DNA of 64,000 nt from Verrucomicrobia bacterium UBA6176 (lineage in GTDB: Bacteria > Verrucomicrobiota > Verrucomicrobiia > Limisphaerales > UBA9464): contig DITU01000103.1 of assembly GCA_002422905.1 (NCBI GenBank), forward strand, positions 1,961 through 65,960, read 5' to 3'. Below the pieces are notes generated by a model. It saw only the letters and a program-made list of their open reading frames with translations. It was not told where the DNA came from and ran no database searches. This document shows positions 29,172 through 38,640 of this stretch, one piece after another. Position numbers and translations under genes: made by a program. Every line of letters begins with the position of its first letter. The first letter of the stretch is position 1.

Positions 29172-29753
29172 ATGGATATCCGACTGTCCCCCCGTCGTGC
29201 CGCCGGATCGGCTGGCGTTACCGTCCTCATCCTGCTCGCCCTCGGACTGTGCGCGTTATGCGCCTATCAGTGGGTGCGCGAAACGCGATTGCGCATCCGG
29301 GTGGACGGGCTCCAGGCCGAACGGCAGAAACTGAATGACGAGAAGGCGTCGGTGGAGGCGCAGGGCCGCCGGTTCCAGGAAGAGATCCAGCGGGTGGAGC
29401 GGGAGCGGGCCGAACTCTTCAAGAGTGTCCAGACCAACAACGAGGCGTTGGTGAAGATCCGGTCGGAGTCGTTGAAGGCCCAGATGGAGGCGGATCGGAA
29501 TCAGCGCCAGGCCGAGGCGTACAAGGAGGTCCTGGACAAGGCCAATGACAGCATCCGGCAGCAGAACGAGGTCGTGATGAAGCTCAACACCGACTACAAG
29601 AAGCTCGCTGAAGAGCGCAATTCCATGGTCGCCAAATACAACGATCTGGTGAAGGAAATGGATGGGACGCTCAAGCAGTACAATGAGCTGGTGGAAAAGT
29701 GGAATGCCCAGCAGGAGACGTTGAAGGCGCAGGCTGAGGCGGCGAAGAAGTAG
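29172..29753 (+). CDS. Membrane-anchored coiled-coil protein
   Basis: N-terminal TM helix VTVLILLALGLCALCAY followed by about 150 aa of heptad-like E/K/Q-rich sequence. Codon usage matches the neighbouring genes. Confidence 0.6.
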   Translation: MDIRLSPRRAAGSAGVTVLILLALGLCALCAYQWVRETRLRIRVDGLQAERQKLNDEKASVEAQGRRFQEEIQRVERERAELFKSVQTNNEALVKIRSESLKAQMEADRNQRQAEAYKEVLDKANDSIRQQNEVVMKLNTDYKKLAEERNSMVAKYNDLVKEMDGTLKQYNELVEKWNAQQETLKAQAEAAKK

Positions 29754-29782
29754 GGGCGGGCACTGCCTGACCTGCCCGCCCC
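29753..29782 (+). terminator. GC-rich hairpin directly after the coiled-coil gene
   Basis: GGGGCGGGCA-ctgcctgacc-TGCCCGCCCC, a 10-bp perfect stem. It starts at the last base of the stop codon. There is no clear T-run. Confidence 0.45.
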
Positions 29783-29800
29783 TGATGAACCCGATGGACG

Positions 29801-29823
29801 GACGGCAACGGTCTGTTGCCGTC
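29801..29823 (-). terminator. Hairpin downstream of the convergent sugar dehydrogenase gene
   Basis: GACGGCAAC-ggtct-GTTGCCGTC, a 9-bp perfect stem, lying between convergent stops at 29753 and 29910. Confidence 0.4.
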
Positions 29824-29909
29824 CCACGACTTGCCTTCGCATCGACCCGTTGCCGGTGACCCTTGGTCACCGTTGCGCCCTGCGGTTTCCAGATGCGCCC
29901 GGGTCGGGA

Positions 29910-31541
29910 TCAGCGGCCGGCGTTGCCCTTACCGGCGTACTCGATGCGGACGATCTTGGTGTCCTTGTTGTTGCCCCAGTCCTTGCCGAACTCGATCAGG
30001 TAAAGGCAGCCATCAGCGCCCAGTTCCATGTCCATGGGACGGCGGAACTTGGTGGACGGCATGAAACGCTTCATGAGGGGTTTGCCGTCGGCGGACTTCG
30101 CGATCTGATGATCGGCGTCGAGCTTCACGGCAATGATCCAGTCCCGGCTCCACTCATAGATGAAGAGGGTGCGATCGAACTCCTTGGGAAGCTTGGTGGG
30201 GGAGGGGTTGGCGGGATCGAAGTAATAGACCGGACCCGCCATGGCGGTGCGACCTCCGGAACCGACTTCCGGGAAACGGGTGGAGGCGCTGGCGGGATAA
30301 TAGATGAACGCGGGTTGTGCCGGGGGCAGTTCCTGGATCCCGGTATTGTGCGGGGAACGGTTCATGGGATGGGCGGCGTCCCAGAAATCACCCGAGGGTT
30401 CCCAACCCGCGGGCTTGGCAGGCAACTCGGGGAGGTTGGCGGTCTCGCCCTTCTTTTCCATCTCCTCACGCTGCTTGCGGACCTTGTCATAGGCGGCCTG
30501 CTCTTCCTGATGCTTCTGGCGCTCGGTGAAATCGATGCGGCGGTAGGGCCGGTTGTCACCGACGAACAGGGGCCATCCAAAGAAACCAGCCTTCCGTGCC
30601 TGGTTCACCTCGTCGAAGCCCGCGGGTCCACGTTTCGGATTGGGACCTCCGGCATCGGGTCCAACCTCACCCCAGTAGAGGTAACCGGTACGGGGATCGA
30701 TGGAGATGCGGAAGGGATTGCGATTGCCCATCACGAAGATCTCGGGCCGGGTCCTGGCGGTGCCGGGAGGGAACAGGTTGCCTTCGGGAATGGTATAACC
30801 TCCGTCGGCCTTGGGCTTGATGCGGAGGATCTTTCCGACCAGGGAATTGGGGTTGGCGGCGGTACCCTGGGCATCCCACGGATACCGGCCCTTGCGTTCG
30901 TCACTGGGGCTGAATCCGTCGGAGTCGAAGGGGTTGGTGTTGTCGCCAATGGAGATATAAAGGTTGCCCTGTTTGTCGAACGTGAGGGAACCGCCGACGT
31001 GACAGCATTGCTCGCGTTGGACTTCGATCTCGATGATGACCTTTTCGGAGGCGATATCGAGTTGTTCGCCCTTGAGGGTGAAGCGGGCGATGCGGATCTT
31101 GCCGGCCTTGCCCCGGCCATCGTTATAGGTTTCGGGCAGGGACCGGTTCAGATAGATCCAACCGTTCTGGTCGAAGGCGGGGTCGAGGGTGATGCCGAGC
31201 ATGCCCTCTTCGAGACCGGTGAAGGTGGGCAGGGTACCGATGACAACGGTCTTTTTGGACTCGGGATTCCACATCTTGACCACCCCGGCGCGTTCGGCCC
31301 AGAAGACGCGGCCCTTGTGGGACACGGCGAGTTCCATGGGATCAATGATGGTGTCGGTGGCCTCGCCGTTGACCACGGTATCCTCGTCGAGGATCACCTT
31401 CCTGAAATCCGACTCGGGAGGGAACCAGGCATCGCCGGTGGCGGCTCCGGCCGATCCGGTCGTGGGTGTCTGGGCCTGTTGGGCGTGGGCGACGGACCAC
31501 AGGAGCACGGCGGCGCCTGTGACAAGGTGGGAGAACTTCAT
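29910..31541 (-). CDS. Secreted PQQ-dependent sugar (glucose/sorbosone) dehydrogenase-family beta-propeller
   Basis: Signal peptide MKFSHLVTGAAVLLWSVAHA. Motifs GMLGITLDPAF, CCHVGGSLTFDKQGNLYISIGDNTNPF, GKILRIKPKADGGYTIPEGNLF and MGNRNPFRISIDPRTGYLYWGEVGPD. Confidence 0.8.
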   Translation of the reverse strand: MKFSHLVTGAAVLLWSVAHAQQAQTPTTGSAGAATGDAWFPPESDFRKVILDEDTVVNGEATDTIIDPMELAVSHKGRVFWAERAGVVKMWNPESKKTVVIGTLPTFTGLEEGMLGITLDPAFDQNGWIYLNRSLPETYNDGRGKAGKIRIARFTLKGEQLDIASEKVIIEIEVQREQCCHVGGSLTFDKQGNLYISIGDNTNPFDSDGFSPSDERKGRYPWDAQGTAANPNSLVGKILRIKPKADGGYTIPEGNLFPPGTARTRPEIFVMGNRNPFRISIDPRTGYLYWGEVGPDAGGPNPKRGPAGFDEVNQARKAGFFGWPLFVGDNRPYRRIDFTERQKHQEEQAAYDKVRKQREEMEKKGETANLPELPAKPAGWEPSGDFWDAAHPMNRSPHNTGIQELPPAQPAFIYYPASASTRFPEVGSGGRTAMAGPVYYFDPANPSPTKLPKEFDRTLFIYEWSRDWIIAVKLDADHQIAKSADGKPLMKRFMPSTKFRRPMDMELGADGCLYLIEFGKDWGNNKDTKIVRIEYAGKGNAGR

Positions 31542-31672
31542 GAGCGCGAGTGGACGATGAAAGCCCGGGCATAATCAAACGCGTTTCTTGAAGAGTCCCG
31601 GAATGAAAGCGGGCCGGGAACGACACCGCGGGCTGGCGGTCTGCCTCGGCTCCGGGCGAGGCTCGGCCGTGG

Positions 31673-32197
31673 ATGGAGCGCGCATGGAAACCGTGGAAGC
31701 TGTGGATGCCGGTGGGGATCTGGGCCGGGCTTATCTTTCTGGGATCAACCGACCTGCTGTCGGCATCCCGGACATCGGGATTCCTGAGCGGCCTGTTGAA
31801 CTGGCTGGTGCCCGGGATTGAATCGGAGACGGTGGCACTGATCCGCACGTTGATCCGCAAGTGCGGGCATCTGACCGAGTACGCGGTGTTGGCGATGCTG
31901 TTGGGGCGTGCGCTGCGGGTGAGACGTCCACCGGGGGAGGAACGGGGAGATGGCGCGGTGCTGGGCTGGGGTTGGTTGTGGGCCACGTGTTATGCGGTGA
32001 GCGATGAGTTCCATCAGTCGTTCCATCCGAGCCGGCAGGGATCGGTGTTGGACGTGATGATTGATGGGGCTGGGGCGATGCTGGGGTTGTTGTTGCTGAT
32101 CGGGTATCGGCGTTGGCGGGCGGGTAGGAGGTTGAAGGAGGGAGGGGTGCAAATGGTGACATCGCCCCCGCCAAGGAACCCGCTGGACGGGCGGTAA
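31673..32197 (+). CDS. VanZ-family membrane protein
   Basis: Small 4-TM protein with KCGHLTEYAVLAMLL and SDEFHQSFHPSRQGSVLDVMIDGAGA, a typical VanZ-like core. Confidence 0.7.
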   Translation: MERAWKPWKLWMPVGIWAGLIFLGSTDLLSASRTSGFLSGLLNWLVPGIESETVALIRTLIRKCGHLTEYAVLAMLLGRALRVRRPPGEERGDGAVLGWGWLWATCYAVSDEFHQSFHPSRQGSVLDVMIDGAGAMLGLLLLIGYRRWRAGRRLKEGGVQMVTSPPPRNPLDGR

Positions 32198-32219
32198 CGG
32201 TGGATGGACATCCACGCGC

Positions 32220-32248
32220 CACCGGCGACCGAACGTCGCCGCTCCAAT
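32220..32248. repeat. Short dispersed hairpin motif, copy 2
   Basis: caccGGCGACcgaacGTCGCCgctccaatg, preceded by a second small hairpin gtggatg-gac-atccac. Lies between the VanZ-family gene and serS. Confidence 0.7.
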
Positions 32249-32294
32249 GAACTTCCGGATTGCCGGCGACGGACTCCTTCCCATGCTCGCCCGC

Positions 32295-33611
32295 ATGTTG
32301 GACATCCGTTTGATGAGGGAGAAACCGGAGTGGGTGCGCGAACGCCTCGCGTCCCGCCATGGCGGGGACGAATTGAAGGTGGCGGAGGTGTTGGAGTGGG
32401 ATGAGAAACGCCGGGCGGCATTGGCCGAGGTGGAGTTGCTCAAGGCCCGACGCAATGCGGCGTCGAAGGAGATCGGGGCGTTGATGGGGCGCAAGGAATT
32501 CGCCGAGGCGGAAAGCCGGAAGGCCGAAGTCCGGACCATCGGTGAGCGCATCACCGAATTGGATCGGGCAGTCGCGGAGGCGGAGACGAAGCGGGATGAG
32601 CTGATGTTGACCCTGCCGAACCTGCCGCATGCGAGTGTGGCCCTGGGCAAGACGGCGGAGGAAAACCCGGAGATCCGGCGATGGGGAACGCCGCGTGGAT
32701 TCGACTTCAAGCCGTTGAACCATGTGGAGCTGTGCGAGCGCCTCAAGCTGGTGGACTTCGCGCGTGGCACGAAGCTGAGCGGTTCCGGATTCCTTCTTTA
32801 TACCGGGTGGGGTGCGCGGTTGGAGCGGGCGTTGATCAATTTCCTCCTCGACCTGCATCAACGGGAACATGGGTACCGGGAAGTGGCGCCGCCCTACATC
32901 GTGGGGGAGCACTGCATGGTGGGCGTGGGTCAGTTCCCGAAGTTCCGTGACCAGGCCTATGCCGTGCAGGAAGGGTTGGATACGTCGTCGCTGGGCCGGT
33001 TGTACCTGTTGCCCACGGCAGAGGCGCCGGTCGCGAACATCCATCGGGAGGAAATCCTGCCCGAACAACAGTTGCCGGTGAAGTACGTGGCCTATTCCCC
33101 GTGTTTCCGTGCGGAAGCCGGTGCGGCCGGCCTGGGCACGCGGGGCATGATCCGGGTTCACCAGTTCGACAAGGTGGAGTTGATCAAGCTGGTCACGCCG
33201 GAGAACGGTTATGCCGAACTGGAAGCCATGGTGGGCAATGCCGAGACCGTGCTTCAACGGCTCGGGCTCCATTACCGCGTCATCAACCTGTGCACCGGTG
33301 ACATGGGATTTGCCTCGGCCAAGACCTATGACATCGAGGTGTGGGCGCCCGGTCAGGACCAGTTCCTGGAGGTGTCCAGTTGTTCCAACTGCGAGGATTT
33401 CCAGGCGCGCCGCATGAATCTCCGGTACCGGACCGAGGGAGGAGAGAACCGGATGCCGCACATCCTCAACGGCAGCGGCACGGCACTGGCGCGGTTGTTC
33501 GTGGCGTTGGTGGAAACCCATCAACAGGCCGATGGCTCGGTGCTGATTCCCGAACCGCTGCGTCCGTACCTGGGCACCGACCGGATCCCGCTGGACCAGA
33601 CGACGGCTTGA
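32295..33611 (+). CDS. serS: Seryl-tRNA synthetase
   Basis: MLDIRLMREKPEWVRERL; class II motifs GSGFLLYTGWGARLERALINFLLD, TAEAPVANIHREEIL, RVHQFDKVE and NGSGTALARLFVALVE. Confidence 0.92.
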   Translation: MLDIRLMREKPEWVRERLASRHGGDELKVAEVLEWDEKRRAALAEVELLKARRNAASKEIGALMGRKEFAEAESRKAEVRTIGERITELDRAVAEAETKRDELMLTLPNLPHASVALGKTAEENPEIRRWGTPRGFDFKPLNHVELCERLKLVDFARGTKLSGSGFLLYTGWGARLERALINFLLDLHQREHGYREVAPPYIVGEHCMVGVGQFPKFRDQAYAVQEGLDTSSLGRLYLLPTAEAPVANIHREEILPEQQLPVKYVAYSPCFRAEAGAAGLGTRGMIRVHQFDKVELIKLVTPENGYAELEAMVGNAETVLQRLGLHYRVINLCTGDMGFASAKTYDIEVWAPGQDQFLEVSSCSNCEDFQARRMNLRYRTEGGENRMPHILNGSGTALARLFVALVETHQQADGSVLIPEPLRPYLGTDRIPLDQTTA

Positions 33612-33619
33612 AGCGCGAT

Positions 33620-33649
33620 GCGCCGTCGACGAATGGCTCGGGACGGCGC
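33620..33649 (+). terminator. Hairpin after serS
   Basis: GCGCCGTC-(14 nt)-GACGGCGC, an 8-bp stem followed by gtcggTTTac. Weak terminator candidate. Confidence 0.35.
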
Positions 33650-33688
33650 GTCGGTTTACACCGGATCACGGCAGGGGCAGGGTACGAC

Positions 33689-34606
33689 ATGGCACGCGCG
33701 GCGCGGATTCCGGTTCCGGCATTGGTGGAGACCCATCAGGTGGGAGAGGACTCGCGTGAATGGATCGTTCGCGCGTCCGAATGTCCTGCGCTGGGGCCGC
33801 ATCATCTGGCGCATGTCGGTATCGTGGATGCCGCGGTGCCGTACACCATGGTCCGCACCGATCTGACCGGGAGCCATTTCCTGGCGTGTTTTGCCGGGGA
33901 AGGCCGGATCCTGCTGGATGGGCGTTGGCAGAAGTGCGGGGCGGGGCAGGCATGTCTGGCGCCGCCCCATGCCTTGCACGCCTTCCACGCCGTGCCAGGC
34001 AAACGCTGGAGCTTTGCCTGGGCCCGCTACGATTCCGAAGCCGGCAAGGGCCCGTTGGGGACGTCCATAGCGCCGGTGTTGGCCCGGTTCAATTCCGAGG
34101 CTTTCGCCGCCGCGGTACGCGGTCTTTACCACGAGCAACAGTCGGATCCCCGGCCCGCCGCCCTGCATCATTGGATCGAACTGGTCCACGGTTATGTGGT
34201 GCGCTTCGCCCAACCGTGGCATGTCGAGGATCGGTTGACCCAACTCTGGGAAGCGGTCGCCAAGAAGCCCGGTGAACCCTGGCACCTGGGCGAACTCGCG
34301 CGGCGCGCCCATTGCAGTGGCGAACACCTGCGTCGCCTCTGTCGCAGTCAACTCGGCCGGTCCCCCATGCAACACGTGACCTATCTCCGGATCCGTCATG
34401 CCGCCGGGCTCCTGACCGAGACCAGCCTCAAGCTGGAGGCGATTGCCGATGAAGTGGGCTATGCCAATCCCTTTGTCTTTTCGAACACGTTCAAGAAATG
34501 GACCGGTTGGCGTCCCAGCGAATACCGGTCGCGGCCCCAGGGAACTTCCATCGGTAAACCCGGTTCGCCCGCCACCCGTGAACGGCGTCGGATCGGTCCC
34601 GGATGA
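33689..34606 (+). CDS. AraC-family transcriptional regulator
   Basis: ATG 33689 (MARAARIPVPALVE). The C-terminal HTH_18 region reads LGELARRAHCSGEHLRRLCRSQLGRSPMQHVTYLRIRHAAGLL...ADEVGYANPFVFSNTFKKWTGWRPSEYR. Confidence 0.8.
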   Translation: MARAARIPVPALVETHQVGEDSREWIVRASECPALGPHHLAHVGIVDAAVPYTMVRTDLTGSHFLACFAGEGRILLDGRWQKCGAGQACLAPPHALHAFHAVPGKRWSFAWARYDSEAGKGPLGTSIAPVLARFNSEAFAAAVRGLYHEQQSDPRPAALHHWIELVHGYVVRFAQPWHVEDRLTQLWEAVAKKPGEPWHLGELARRAHCSGEHLRRLCRSQLGRSPMQHVTYLRIRHAAGLLTETSLKLEAIADEVGYANPFVFSNTFKKWTGWRPSEYRSRPQGTSIGKPGSPATRERRRIGPG

Positions 34607-34672
34607 CGATTGCCCGTCGTCCGCGGTCGGGGGAGGATGAAGGGGTTCAACCACCGCATTTTCCCCGATCCC

Positions 34673-35308
34673 ATGAAGGATTCACGGACCCGTCCGTTGT
34701 TGGTCACCCTCGCCATCCTGCTCGGAATCCTGGCCGTGTCCGGCATCCGACCGTACGACCGGCTCACGTGGTTTCTGGAAGTGTTGCCGGTGTTGATTGC
34801 CATCCCGATCCTCTGGGGCACTTACCGTCGGTTTCCCCTCACGACATTGCTCTACGGGCTGATCTTCTTCCATTCCCTCGTCCTGATCCTGGGTGCCGTC
34901 TATACGTACGCCCGCGTGCCGCTCGGCTTCCTCATCGCCGACTGGTTGAACCTCGAGCGGAATCCCTATGACCGGATCGGGCATCTGGTCCAGGGATTCG
35001 TCCCGGCGATCGTGGCGCGTGAAATCCTGATCCGGGGCGATCATGTCCGCGGCCCAAAGATGCGCGTGTACATCATCGTGAGCATCGTCCTGGCCATCAG
35101 CGCGGCCTATGAGTTCATCGAGTGGTGGGTGGCCCTGGCGGCGGGGCAGGGGGCCGACCAATTCCTCGGCACCCAGGGGGATCAGTGGGACACGCAATGG
35201 GACATGTTCTGCGCGGTGATCGGAGCGGTGACCGCCTTGCTGACGTTGTCGGGGATCCACGACCGGCAGATGCGGACGTTGCCCGGGGCGAAGGTGTCGG
35301 GGGCGTGA
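34673..35308 (+). CDS. DUF2238/YjdF-like inner membrane protein
   Basis: Multi-TM protein with NPYDRIGHLVQGFVPAIVAREILIR and AYEFIEWWVA. Alternative starts at 34610 (TTG) and 34637 (ATG). Confidence 0.65.
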   Translation: MKDSRTRPLLVTLAILLGILAVSGIRPYDRLTWFLEVLPVLIAIPILWGTYRRFPLTTLLYGLIFFHSLVLILGAVYTYARVPLGFLIADWLNLERNPYDRIGHLVQGFVPAIVAREILIRGDHVRGPKMRVYIIVSIVLAISAAYEFIEWWVALAAGQGADQFLGTQGDQWDTQWDMFCAVIGAVTALLTLSGIHDRQMRTLPGAKVSGA

Positions 35309-35805
35309 GCCGCAGATTCAACCGGGGAACCGGAAGGGGAGAGCCGCAGATTTCGCAGATTTCGCAGATGGAGAGGGGCTGGAACTTCGACTGAGGAGGC
35401 GCGCGCAGCCCACCAGCAAAGGGTCCGATGATCCCTCGGAACGCCTGGATCCCTTTCGTGTGTTTCGTGGTTCAACAACCGATGGGGAAGGCGGACCACG
35501 AAATACACGAAAGGACACGAAAAGGGAGGGATCGGAGCGGCGAGGGTTGCTCGCCGTCTGGTCGGGGGAAGATCTGGGATCCACGGCAATGGGAGCAGCG
35601 GTGGTCCCACCTGAATCGGGTCGGATGTTGGGTCGGGAATGCCGGGCTCCCTTTCGTGTGTTTCGTGTGTTTCGTGGTTCAACCACCGATGGGGAAGGCG
35701 GACCACGAAATACACGAAAGGACACGAAAAGGGAGGGATCGGAGCGGCGAGGGTTGCTCGCCGTCTGGATGGGACGGCGACCGGAGATCGTCGCTCCGCG
35801 GGTTT
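35307..35805. repeat. Modular intergenic repeat block I (modules A-B-C, then B-C-D)
   Basis: Module A is gagccgcagatttcgcagatttcgcagatgg (9-nt tandem). Module B is a 20-bp inverted repeat, cctttcgtgtgtttcgtggt...accacgaaatacacgaaagg, present at 35451 and 35649 (198-bp period). Module C is ggagcggcgagggttgctcgccgtctgg. Module D is gggacggcgaccggagatcgtcgct. Confidence 0.8.
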
Positions 35806-35938
35806 CGCGCGGAGGCGTCGGGAACGGGGAGAACGCAAAAGAGTGTCGGGTTGGGTCGCATTTTCGCGGGTGAACCCACCAGGTTCTGGGCCCGGAACAG
35901 ACCTGGCGGTTCACCGGGTCGTCAAAGGGCGGATCACT

Positions 35939-37435
35939 TCATTTGGCGGGGGCGGAGGTTTCGGGAAGACAACCGAGGCAGCGTGGGAGGTTGGCCATGT
36001 GTTTCTGCCAGATCGTCACCGGGAGCTTCTGCTTTTCCACCGCGGTGCGCATGCGATCGACGCGTTGGTAGACGTCCCGGCGGATGGCCGGGAAGTCGTG
36101 ATGGACGAAACTGCCGTCGCGGTAGACGCAGTTTCCGCCGACATAAACGGCGGTGAGATTGCGTGAGCTGCAACACATGACAACGGAAGCGATGACGTCG
36201 AAGAGCGGGCCGATATCGGGTTCGAGGGGGTCCAGGAGAAGGAAGTCGGCGAACTTGCCCTTGGTCAGGCTGCCCACGCGATCGGCGACCTTCATGACTT
36301 CGGCGCTGCGGATGGTGTGTTGGGCGAGGATGTCGTGGGTGGACATGGCTCCTGCGGACTGATGCTTCATGCGGGTGGCGTACAGACCCATGCGCATGTT
36401 CTCGAAGGGATCCGACAGGTCGGAACTGGCCTGGCCATCGAGTCCCATGCCCACGGGAATGCCGAGCTTGCGATAGCCGGGGATGTCGGCGAGGCCCGAG
36501 GCGAGGCGTCCGTTGGAGAGGGGATTCCACACCATGCGGGCGCCGGCGGCGGCGGTATCCCTGAGGATGCGTTCATCGGGATGGATGAAATGCGCGAACA
36601 TCATGTTGGTGCCGACCAGGCCGGCTTCCTTGAGGATGTTCCACTGGGCGCGTTGCTGGACCTGGATGGAGGGATCCTCGAGGTAGTGCGATTGGGCATC
36701 GAGGCCGAACTCCTTGAGCCAGCGTCCTTCCCACTGTGGAAACGGTTCGGGACCGCGCAGCAATCCCAGCGCGCTGAGGGAGACATCGAGCAGGCTGCCC
36801 TGACCCACGAGCGGACGGGCATAGGCAAGGAATTCGGACAGGTTGCGGTGGTTGGTGGCTTCGTCGAGACGGGCGTCGAGGGCCCAGCCGAAGACGAACC
36901 GCTGTTCCAGTCCGCGTTGGGCTTCGAACTGTTCGAGGAAGTAGGCCTGGGGAAAGCCGTCGTTCCACACCCAGTTGTAGCAGGTGGTGATGCCGTGCGA
37001 GAGGAAGTCGAGGGCTCCGTAGCGGGTGTAGGCTGCGAAGTCGCCCTTCTGGTAATGCTCACTGAAGGGGGCATGTGCCGCGGCGAGCCATCCGAGGAGA
37101 TTCTGGTCGGCGGCAATTCCCCGGAACGGTGCCGACCACAGATGGCTGTGGGCGGAGACCATTCCCGGGATGACAATCTTCCCGGTGGCATCGAGTCGGT
37201 TGGTGGCGCGCAGGGATTCGGGAGGGTGTCCTGCCCCGATCCCGGCGATGCGCCCGGATCCATCGACGCTGAACCATCCGAGGAATGGTTCGGGCGATGA
37301 ATCGTCCATGGTGACGAGAATGGCGTTTTCGACGATCAACGCGACCTGTGCAGCGGCTCTTTGGGACAACAATCCGATGATCAACAGGAGGTGGAGCCAT
37401 GATCCGATTGGATGGCAGGGGCGACGATTCCTCAT
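35939..37435 (-). CDS. Secreted amidohydrolase-family metallohydrolase (chlorohydrolase/deaminase-like)
   Basis: Signal peptide WLHLLLIIGLLSQRAAA. Metal-binding HxH in PGMVSAHSHLW. Later motifs FAHFIHP and GMGLDGQASSD. Length 498 aa. Confidence 0.8.
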   Translation of the reverse strand: MRNRRPCHPIGSWLHLLLIIGLLSQRAAAQVALIVENAILVTMDDSSPEPFLGWFSVDGSGRIAGIGAGHPPESLRATNRLDATGKIVIPGMVSAHSHLWSAPFRGIAADQNLLGWLAAAHAPFSEHYQKGDFAAYTRYGALDFLSHGITTCYNWVWNDGFPQAYFLEQFEAQRGLEQRFVFGWALDARLDEATNHRNLSEFLAYARPLVGQGSLLDVSLSALGLLRGPEPFPQWEGRWLKEFGLDAQSHYLEDPSIQVQQRAQWNILKEAGLVGTNMMFAHFIHPDERILRDTAAAGARMVWNPLSNGRLASGLADIPGYRKLGIPVGMGLDGQASSDLSDPFENMRMGLYATRMKHQSAGAMSTHDILAQHTIRSAEVMKVADRVGSLTKGKFADFLLLDPLEPDIGPLFDVIASVVMCCSSRNLTAVYVGGNCVYRDGSFVHHDFPAIRRDVYQRVDRMRTAVEKQKLPVTIWQKHMANLPRCLGCLPETSAPAK

Positions 37436-37601
37436 GGCGGGCTGCGGGCAGAATCGGTGCCAAGGGACCCGGGCAAAGGTGTGGGGATGGAAGCGCTCCG
37501 GTTGTCTGGTGCGTGGCGCACTTCTTCACTCACGGTGCGTGTTATGGCGCAGTGGGATTGGCGAAAGCTGTGCGGTGTCCGCGGATGGCACCGGGATGGG
37601 T

Positions 37602-37745
37602 GAGCCGCAGATTTCGCAGATTCCGCAGATGGGGAGGGACCTGAACTTCCCCGGTGCGTGCCGGGCTTCCTTTCGTGTGTTTCGTGTGGTTCGTGGTTCA
37701 ACCACCGATGGGGGAGGGGGACCGTGAAAGGACACGAAAAGGGAC
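37602..37745. repeat. Modular intergenic repeat block II (modules A-B, B partly deleted)
   Basis: gagccgcagatttcgcagattccgcagatgg...cctttcgtgtgtttcgtgtggttcgtggttcaaccaccgatggggg...ggaccgtgaaaggacacgaaaaggg. This closely matches block I. Confidence 0.8.
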
Positions 37746-37815
37746 TTGTTCTGAGGGAAGGGTCGTTGTCTTCGTTAATGCCCGAAGCTACGGGGCTCCT
37801 AACTGAAGGGAGGGG

Positions 37816-38109
37816 TCATGGGTTGGAGTCGGCGGCCTGCTGCCGCCTGTCCTCATCGGCTTTGGCTATGCCATCCTCGACGAGTTGCTGATCGGTGCTG
37901 CGGCCGTCTTCATCCTCGTCTTCACTGGGGTTGATGGGTGTCGGGTGACCGCTGGATCCGGGCAGCGGATTCCAGCGCTCGGACTCGGGCCGCGTTTCAA
38001 GGGTGTCTTGCATCGGATCCGGGCCGCGATCTTCGGGTGCCACGGGCGAGGCAAGGTTCGGATCCGGTTGGGGGGATTTTTGGGGCTGTGAGGCTTTGAT
38101 CATGGGCAT
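37816..38109 (-). CDS. Possible small acidic, disordered protein
   Basis: ATG 38109 gives MPMIKASQPQKSPQPDP...SEDEDEDGRSTDQQLVEDGIAKADEDRRQQAADSNP. Low complexity and no recognisable domain, so it may be non-coding. Confidence 0.3.
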   Translation of the reverse strand: MPMIKASQPQKSPQPDPNLASPVAPEDRGPDPMQDTLETRPESERWNPLPGSSGHPTPINPSEDEDEDGRSTDQQLVEDGIAKADEDRRQQAADSNP

Positions 38110-38214
38110 GTTTCGGGTGGGAAAAGTTTCTGTTGTGCCCTTTGAAGCTAATCGGCGCGACCGCTCCATCGCCATGGGGTTTGCACCGGGCAAAGATTGG
38201 GAATGAGGTCGCTG

Positions 38215-38460
38215 GGGATGATGTCCGACGGCGACCGAACGTCGCCGCTCCGTGGGAGGGTGTTTCACGCGAAGAGGAGAAATGGGGGTGAGAGTCTGTC
38301 CCTTCGAACGTCTTGCAGGCGTTGCGCCGTTGCGCCGTTGCGTGAGGAAAAGGGAGGAGGGACGGGGCAGGTTTCGCGCAGAGACGCTGAGAACGCGGAG
38401 GTGGGAAAAGCGGGGGGTAGAGGAGCGGTGAGGGTTGCTTGCTGTATCGTCGCGGCACCA
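38215..38460. repeat. Modular intergenic repeat block III (hairpin motif copy 3 plus module C variant)
   Basis: Contains ccgacGGCGACcgaacGTCGCCgctccgtgg (38225-38255), the tandem cgttgcgc x3 (about 38320-38345) and ggagcggtgagggttgcttgc (a module C variant). Confidence 0.7.
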
Positions 38461-38640
38461 ACCGCGATGGGGTTGAAATTCGTCAGGAAGGGGTCTGCAG
38501 CAGAACCTCCATTTGACAGGTCAAGGGTGGATTGGATGGAGTCGGTGGAAGGATGTCATTCTTGGCTGGTGGTTGATCCGTTCGCTGCAACTTTCGAGTC
38601 AGCGCGATTGGTGGGCCGCGGGTCGTGCCTGGGAAATCAA

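Noticed and set aside
35307-35805. Possible CRISPR array, because of the repeated units
   Set aside because: There are only two large (~198-bp period) copies plus short 9-nt tandems. The units contain long internal inverted repeats. There is no regular repeat-spacer structure and there are no cas genes.
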